A stretch of DNA of 64,000 bases, from assembly GCA_905214925.1 (NCBI GenBank), contig CAJMOB010000004.1:5829-69828 (forward strand), in the 5' to 3' direction. Under the pieces are notes generated by a model. It did not search any database. It had not been told where the DNA came from and was given only the letters and a program-made list of their open reading frames with translations. The position numbers and the translations under genes were made by a program. This DNA comes from an uncultured bacterium. Its GTDB lineage: Bacteria; Bacillota; Clostridia; Lachnospirales; Lachnospiraceae. This document shows positions 55,044 to 64,000 of this stretch, in pieces. Within the stretch, counting starts at the first letter, position 1, and each line of letters starts with the position of its first letter.

Positions 55044-57230
55044 CTAGTGATATTCTATTTGTTTATTGAAACTATTATCACAGACTTCTTGTGCATGATA
55101 TAACGCCTCTTCTATCGTTTCCTTTTCTGACATAGCGGTTATTAAAGCGTTCCCTAAAATATCCTCAAATGCAAATTCGTCAAAACCTCTCTTTTGGTTT
55201 TGCTCGTTGCCTCGCCTTCCTTTCTTAAACATCTCTTCAATTCCAGCGATCCATGGATACAGCTCTAATACTGCTGCATTATTAACTATATTTTTATTTC
55301 CAACAAATCCCCCTAAATAAGTGATCATTTCTGCAATTTCATCGGAATAGAGCCAGTCCATAAATTGATAACATTCTTCTACCTTTTTTGAACTTTTTGT
55401 TACTCCAAGGCTTCCTCCTCCTAATAAAGGATTCTCTCCTGGAACATCCGCAAATATAATTTTCCCTGCAACTTTTGAATTCATATTATGTAGCATATGA
55501 GAGGCATAATTGGAAAAAGCAATGTTCATAGCGGTAAGCCCATCGGAAAACATACCAGAGGATTCCCCCCACCATTGGTGAATTTCATCAGTTGTATAGT
55601 TTCTAGATTCTAAACAGCTTTGAAATGCTTCTTGCATCTCTTTTGTCATTACATTCACTTTTCCATGTTCATCAAAAATACTAGATTTTTTTTCGGAATA
55701 CCGCAACAATACTTCACAAGCTGCTACAAAGGAACGTCCATAAGTAAGTGTTGTCCCATAGGCAGTTGGCGATTGTTTATTATATTTTTGTGTAAAAAAT
55801 CTTGCCACTTTATTATACTCATCAAAGCTCTTTGGAATTTCTAATCTCTTTTTATTTTTTTCGTAATACTCTCTTTTGATTAACTCATTCTCAAATAGAT
55901 CTTTTCTACAAAAGAGCATCTGCACACAAGCGTCTAATGGTACCGCATATTTTTCTCCTTTTACAGAATAATACTCTTCTGGAATACAAGATAAGATTCT
56001 ATCCATCACATTTTTTATGATACTGTGATTGTTATCTAATTTTCTAAAAATTCTCTCACTTTCTCTTGCCATCCATGCCATATCAATTCTTACAAGATCA
56101 AAAACTGTTTCTTGGCTAACTCCCATTTTAGAAACCATTTTATACAATTCATCATAAGGGACTTCTGTCACTTTCACATCAATTCCTGACTGCTCTTTAA
56201 AAAGAGGCAGTAGTTTTTTAATGGCTCTACTGGTAGGATTTTTCACCGATAAAAACTGCAATGTCTTTTCTTTTTGAAAATCATATGTTTTTCTTATAGG
56301 AAAACATCCATCTTCTATTATTTCATTTCTTTCCTCTAGACCCTCTTTTTCCATAACAATTTCTGCAATATGTCTTCCCATTAATTTATAATTCATTTCA
56401 TACATATTGACATTTTGAAAACCAATCTCTTTATTGACGATAGCATAAATATTTGGAAGTTTTATTGTTGGATTGTACCGATGCGCCATTTTTATACTCT
56501 CTACATCTTCTCTTGACATAACAACAATGGCATCAAAAGGATCGGGAGAATCTAAGACATCAAAAACACGATTGAATTTCATAGGATCAGGAGCCGAAAA
56601 TACTTCTACATAGCATCCTTCCTTTTTAAAAACTCTAGCCGCATTTTCCACAAATTTCTTATTATTCGTATAACGAATGTCTTCACATAAAATAGCAATA
56701 CTTTTATTTCCATCTCTCACACATTTTTCGGCAATCTCTTTTCCTGCCTTTTCATAATTGAAAGACACAAAAATAGCATTTGGGGAAAAGCCTTTTATAT
56801 AGCGATCTACCATAATAATCTGGGTTTCTTCTGGAATACTTTCTTTATTTTCTATCAGAGAACTTACCATAATAATTGCCTTAGGATTTGATGATAATGC
56901 CTTATTTAACACTCTTTCTTCGATATACTGTAATCCATTGCTGCATAGTAATTCTATCGTATATTCTGCTTTTTTTAGTTCCTGTTCCATTCCTGCATAC
57001 AATTCATTGTACATCTTCCTATCCATTCTAGGCACAATAATACAGATATGCTTGGAGCTTCCACTTCTTAACTGTCTTGCTTGTGAATTTAGCTGATATC
57101 CTAATTCCTTTGCCGCCTGTTCCACTAATTTGATTTTTTCGGCACTCACATTTCCTTTTCTATTCAAAACATTGGAAACTGTCCCATGCGATACTCCTGC
57201 ATATTTTGCAATATCCTTAATCGTAGGCAT
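55044..57230 (-). CDS. LacI-type regulator (HTH + PBP1) fused to a family-1 solute-binding-protein-like domain
   Basis: 728 aa. Residues 1-60 form the LacI HTH (MPTIKDIAKYAGVSHGTVSNVLNRKGNVS). Residues up to about 320 are a LacI sugar-binding core. From about residue 325 (LQFLSVKNPTSRAIKKLLPLFKEQSGIDVKVTEVPYDELY..) the sequence looks like an ABC sugar SBP, but there is no signal peptide. Confidence 0.7.
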   Translation of the reverse strand: MPTIKDIAKYAGVSHGTVSNVLNRKGNVSAEKIKLVEQAAKELGYQLNSQARQLRSGSSKHICIIVPRMDRKMYNELYAGMEQELKKAEYTIELLCSNGLQYIEERVLNKALSSNPKAIIMVSSLIENKESIPEETQIIMVDRYIKGFSPNAIFVSFNYEKAGKEIAEKCVRDGNKSIAILCEDIRYTNNKKFVENAARVFKKEGCYVEVFSAPDPMKFNRVFDVLDSPDPFDAIVVMSREDVESIKMAHRYNPTIKLPNIYAIVNKEIGFQNVNMYEMNYKLMGRHIAEIVMEKEGLEERNEIIEDGCFPIRKTYDFQKEKTLQFLSVKNPTSRAIKKLLPLFKEQSGIDVKVTEVPYDELYKMVSKMGVSQETVFDLVRIDMAWMARESERIFRKLDNNHSIIKNVMDRILSCIPEEYYSVKGEKYAVPLDACVQMLFCRKDLFENELIKREYYEKNKKRLEIPKSFDEYNKVARFFTQKYNKQSPTAYGTTLTYGRSFVAACEVLLRYSEKKSSIFDEHGKVNVMTKEMQEAFQSCLESRNYTTDEIHQWWGESSGMFSDGLTAMNIAFSNYASHMLHNMNSKVAGKIIFADVPGENPLLGGGSLGVTKSSKKVEECYQFMDWLYSDEIAEMITYLGGFVGNKNIVNNAAVLELYPWIAGIEEMFKKGRRGNEQNQKRGFDEFAFEDILGNALITAMSEKETIEEALYHAQEVCDNSFNKQIEYH

Positions 57231-57312
57231 ATTGATCCTCCCAACTCGTTATTCTTCTTTGTATTTATACTACCATATTATATGGAATTTTCAAATTATA
57301 GATTGGGTATTT

Positions 57313-60450
<3,138 letters not shown>

Positions 60451-60518
60451 CTATCAAGTGCAAGTTGTAACTCCCCATACCACTTGATTGGGCTCATTTT
60501 TTTTAATAAGACGATAAA

Positions 60519-60556
60519 AGTGAAGATAAGTATTTTTATGCGCACTTATCTTCACT
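60519..60556 (-). terminator. Probable terminator or attenuating hairpin between GH2 and GH53
   Basis: 13-bp stem agtgaagataagt / acttatcttcact with a 12-nt loop. Only a weak U-tract (UUUAUC) follows on the minus strand. Confidence 0.45.
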
Positions 60557-60569
60557 TCATTTCTCATCG

Positions 60570-63344
60570 TTATTTTGTAGTTAATAATACTTGATTACAA
60601 ATACCCGCTTCCGGATACCCTTTATTTCCATTATAAACAACAACCGTTACTTCATGTTTTCCAACAAAAGTTTCTTCAAGTGGTAAAATAATGGAACCCC
60701 CAAAGGAGTCTGTACGACAAAATACTTCTTCTCCATCGAAATAAATCCAAACATATCCCTTTACATCTGTAAAATAAAGATTTCGTTCTTCTTTTGCCTG
60801 TCCAAAATCATATTGAGTTCGATACATTGCATATTGTTCTAATTTGCCTGATAATTCTGGCTGTGGCTGTCCTGTAAAGTTTACTGGTTCAAAACTATTC
60901 ATATCATTGCGATCGGTTTTCATCTTGGCATCCGGCATTTCATCGAATAATTCATAATACAGTCTCCAACCTTCCACAATTTTCTCTTTAATTGGAACAA
61001 TGTATGGGATTTCTTCTACTTTTTCTAATGTAATGGTTACTTCCTCTTCTTCTAAGCCTTCTGAAAACGCTCGAATTTTCATAGCCTGTTGCGTATTTTG
61101 TTCTGGCTTTACAAGAAATTGACAGCGTCCATGGAATGCTTTGCGATAAGGTGCAACATCTGGTTCATGAGAATTTGGATCTCCATTTCCCGTTCCAACT
61201 ACAATACCGTTTTCCACTTCTAATTGAATTTTATTTTCTGCATTTGGAACGACAACTCCTTGTTCATCCACCACTTTTACATTTAAAATTGCAATATCAT
61301 GTCCTCCTGTTTGAATGGAATTTTCTACAGGCTCTATTACAATTTTCTTTTCTTTGGAAGCTGTTTTTTGCTCATCAATGGCCACTACTTCTCCATGCAT
61401 AAAACCTTCGGCTTTCAATACTCCTTTTTCACATGGGATTTCAAACGTAATCTGCTCATATTCATCTGGTTTTCCTTCTTTTACAAGCTCACCATTGACA
61501 TAAAGTTTTACATATTCACAGTTTGTTGTCACCATAACTTTAATATCGCTTCCTACCATCTTTTCTTCTGCCCATGGAGACACTAAGTGCACCATCTTTT
61601 CTTTTCCCCAAAAAGCTTTATATAAATAGCAAGCATCTTTTTCAAATCCACAACTATCATAAGTTCCAAAGAAAGTTCCAACACTTGGCCATTCAAATGG
61701 CGTTGGTTCTCCTCGGTAATCAAACCCTGTCCAAACAAAACTTCCTGCTACATAAGGGCGTTCATTGACATAGCGCCATGTATCTTTGACTTTTGTTCCC
61801 CAAAGGGCACATTCACTATCATAATCATCTATGATATTTTTTGAGTAATCCGTTTTATATTCTCCTCTCACCATAAAGGCACTGGCTGTTTCAGAACCCA
61901 TTAGTGGGATATTTGGATATTTTTTATGGAAATCATCATAACGCTTTGGATTATAATTAATTCCTACTGCATCTAAAATGGTTGCTGCTCCCTCTTCTTC
62001 CATATATCCACCATTAAAAGCTCCAAGCACTGGACGTTGATCGTCCATTTCTTTTACTGCTTCTTTTAATCTTCCAGCCATCTGATGCCCTTTTCTTGTT
62101 CCTTGTAATGGCTCTTCATTAAAGACAGAATAGAGAATAACACAAGGATGATTTCTAGCATTTTTTACGATACCTTTTACCTCTTCTAACACATCTTTTG
62201 CCGAACTAAAAGTGCGATTTTCTTCCATCACAAGCAATCCTTCTCTATCACAGATATCCAAAATTGCAGGATCCGGATTGTGCGCACAGCGATACGCATT
62301 GGCTCCTAATTCCTTTAGCTTTTTAATTCGGAATTGTTGTAAGTTATAAGAAACAGCAACTCCAACTCCTGCATGATCTTGGTGATTACAAAAACCTTTT
62401 AATTTAATGTTCCTTCCATTTAACCAAAATCCGCTATCCGCTAAAAGTTCTATCGTTCGAAACCCTGTGGAATTTTTTTGATAATCTTTTCTTTCCCCTT
62501 CATAGTAAAGTTCTGTTTTAACTTCATAAAGGCTTGGAGATTCAATATCCCAAATATCTGGATTTTCTATTTGATATTCTGCCATAACTTTTTTTCGTTC
62601 AAATCCATTGATAACGGTTGCTTCTCCTTTTACGGTACCAACGACTTCTCCTTTTGGAGAGACAATCGTATGAGAAACAATAACTTCTTTTGAGAACTCA
62701 AAACTATTTTCAATTTCTGTTTCTAACTGTAACTGCCATTGTTCCTCGTTTATTTTCGTTGGTTTTATATAAACACCTTGATATCCAATATGTGCAGCTG
62801 ATTTTTTTACAAGCCAAACATTTCGGTAAATACCAGCCCCTTCGTACCACCAACCTTCCCAAGCAGAAGCATCGATTCGAATGGCAATGGTATTTGGAAC
62901 AACTCCAAAATTAGCCATATCCGTCATATCCACACAAAAACTGTTATAACCAGAATAACTTCTTTTTAAAATCATTCCATTGACATAGATTTCCGCATTG
63001 GCAGACATCCCTTCAAATTCTAATAAAATTTGTTTCTTTCTATCCTCTTCTTCTAATCCAAAACGGAGACGATACCAGCCAATTCCTCGTTCTTTATACC
63101 CCTGATTTGGAGAGCCTGTCTCTACAAATTGCTTTTTTGTCACCCAATCATGAGGAAGTTCTACCACTTCCCAATCGGAGTCATCAAAACTTGTATCTGC
63201 AGGGCCTTTACACGCCCCACCTTTTGCAAATCCATAGACATCATCATGATTTTTTGTTGGTGGAAGCACTGAGAAGTCTTTTTCTATAAATTTCCATCCA
63301 CGATTTAAACAATAAAGATTCGCTTGTTGTCCATAATGCTTCAT
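60570..63344 (-). CDS. GH2 beta-galactosidase (924 aa), paralog 2
   Basis: Collinear with the 12045-14828 protein and shares long identical blocks (GFCNHQDHAGVGVAVSYNLQ, RYVNERPYVAGSFVWTGFDYRGEPTPFEWPS). Confidence 0.85.
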   Translation of the reverse strand: MKHYGQQANLYCLNRGWKFIEKDFSVLPPTKNHDDVYGFAKGGACKGPADTSFDDSDWEVVELPHDWVTKKQFVETGSPNQGYKERGIGWYRLRFGLEEEDRKKQILLEFEGMSANAEIYVNGMILKRSYSGYNSFCVDMTDMANFGVVPNTIAIRIDASAWEGWWYEGAGIYRNVWLVKKSAAHIGYQGVYIKPTKINEEQWQLQLETEIENSFEFSKEVIVSHTIVSPKGEVVGTVKGEATVINGFERKKVMAEYQIENPDIWDIESPSLYEVKTELYYEGERKDYQKNSTGFRTIELLADSGFWLNGRNIKLKGFCNHQDHAGVGVAVSYNLQQFRIKKLKELGANAYRCAHNPDPAILDICDREGLLVMEENRTFSSAKDVLEEVKGIVKNARNHPCVILYSVFNEEPLQGTRKGHQMAGRLKEAVKEMDDQRPVLGAFNGGYMEEEGAATILDAVGINYNPKRYDDFHKKYPNIPLMGSETASAFMVRGEYKTDYSKNIIDDYDSECALWGTKVKDTWRYVNERPYVAGSFVWTGFDYRGEPTPFEWPSVGTFFGTYDSCGFEKDACYLYKAFWGKEKMVHLVSPWAEEKMVGSDIKVMVTTNCEYVKLYVNGELVKEGKPDEYEQITFEIPCEKGVLKAEGFMHGEVVAIDEQKTASKEKKIVIEPVENSIQTGGHDIAILNVKVVDEQGVVVPNAENKIQLEVENGIVVGTGNGDPNSHEPDVAPYRKAFHGRCQFLVKPEQNTQQAMKIRAFSEGLEEEEVTITLEKVEEIPYIVPIKEKIVEGWRLYYELFDEMPDAKMKTDRNDMNSFEPVNFTGQPQPELSGKLEQYAMYRTQYDFGQAKEERNLYFTDVKGYVWIYFDGEEVFCRTDSFGGSIILPLEETFVGKHEVTVVVYNGNKGYPEAGICNQVLLTTK

Positions 63345-63379
63345 AACTTATAAACTCCTTATCCTATATCTTATTAAAT

Positions 63380-64000
63380 TTATTCTTTTACTGCTCCTCC
63401 GCCTAAAGATGTAATTAACATTTTTTGTGTTATAACAAAGAAAATGATAAATGGAACTGCAATTAAAAGAGAACCAGATGCAAATGTTGCAAACATATTT
63501 TTCTTATCGGTTACAAAACCAAATAATCCAAGTGCCACTGTCTGTACTTTAGAAGAACGAAGTACCAGTTTTGGGAAAATGAAATCCATCCAAGGTGCTG
63601 TAAAACTTGTAATTGATAAAAATACAATAATCGGTTTCGCTACTGGAAGCACAATGCTTCTAAAGATTAGAAAATGACTAGCTCCATCGATTCTTGCTGC
63701 CTCATCTAAACTTCTTGGAATCGTATCCAAATAACTTTTTACAAGCCATGTATTGTATGGAATATTTCCTGCTAAATATACAAGTACAAGCCCCCATAAC
63801 GTATTTAACCCATTAATTCTTAAAAGAATGACATAGATTGCAATCATTCCAACAAAAGATGGGAAGATTTGCAATACTAAAAGTGACATCATCATCGTTT
63901 TCTTAAAAGTAAAACGAAATCTTGAAAAAATATACGCGCTCAAAGCACATACAAATACCGTACTAACGGTTGTGGCTACGGAAATAATTAATGTATTTTT
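63380..64000 (-). CDS. Carbohydrate ABC transporter permease (MalG/GanQ-like), 5' end outside the window
   Basis: The track start at 63943 is an internal TTG. The frame stays open to the window edge (..KNTLIISVATTVSTVFVCALSAYIFSRF..). EAA loop DEAARIDGASHFLIFRSIVLP. Confidence 0.8.
   Translation of the reverse strand, partial: KNTLIISVATTVSTVFVCALSAYIFSRFRFTFKKTMMMSLLVLQIFPSFVGMIAIYVILLRINGLNTLWGLVLVYLAGNIPYNTWLVKSYLDTIPRSLDEAARIDGASHFLIFRSIVLPVAKPIIVFLSITSFTAPWMDFIFPKLVLRSSKVQTVALGLFGFVTDKKNMFATFASGSLLIAVPFIIFFVITQKMLITSLGGGAVKE

Noticed and set aside
57273-57285. A 13-bp palindrome, CCATATTATATGG, lies between the GH53 gene and the LacI-SBP regulator gene. I considered it as a possible operator.
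   Set aside because: Six-bp arms in AT-rich DNA are expected many times by chance in 64 kb. It has no second copy and does not resemble LacI-family operators with a central CG.

Overview
This is an AT-rich chromosomal segment that looks like Firmicutes/Clostridia. That assignment is an inference from lipoprotein-type ABC binding proteins, GGAGG ribosome-binding sites and the gene families present. Almost all genes are on the minus strand.

Most of the window is plant-glycan utilisation:
- A leaderless GH53 galactanase with a LacI regulator, a YesL-like protein and a PTS EIIA/EIICB pair (1-5205).
- An AraC-controlled ABC + GH2 beta-galactosidase locus (11103-19027).
- A second CUT1-type ABC locus led by a small Cys-rich ORF (19462-22969).
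- A GH127/GH27/GH43/ABC/GH43 L-arabinoside locus ending in an ArsR-type regulator (23151-33522).
- A galactan locus with a MalG-like permease, a second GH2 paralog, a 1031-aa secreted GH53 and a LacI-SBP fusion regulator (55044-64000).

Between these lie:
- A complete Pho cluster, pstSCAB-phoU-phoPR (34118-40783).
- A siderophore-type ABC importer (41103-44962).
- EamA and MgtC genes.
- A glycerophosphodiesterase + Fbp/Thi-type ABC operon (47417-52078).
- A HAD hydrolase.
- An IS607-family element with a frameshifted tnpB (53059-54977).
- A LysR / flavodoxin / aldo-keto reductase / cupin cluster.
- A decayed group-II-intron-type reverse transcriptase.

No CRISPR array, rRNA or tRNA was seen.

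The most interesting signals not explained by the ORFs are:
1. A 16-20 bp palindrome (GTTAGTTTAAACTAAC) present three times. Two copies sit just downstream of near-consensus promoters. One promoter drives the siderophore importer. The other drives an orphan terminator-bounded transcript of about 110 nt, a candidate sRNA.
2. A small palindromic repeat of about 80-90 bp found three times, each time directly after an intrinsic terminator of a minus-strand gene.
3. Phased TTTACA/TTAACA Pho-box-like repeats upstream of pstS and of the glycerophosphodiesterase-ABC operon.
4. Two unusual regulator architectures, LacI-PBP1 fused to an SBP domain and an ArsR HTH with a 200-aa C-terminal domain.

All functional calls rest on by-eye motif recognition. 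No database search was run.
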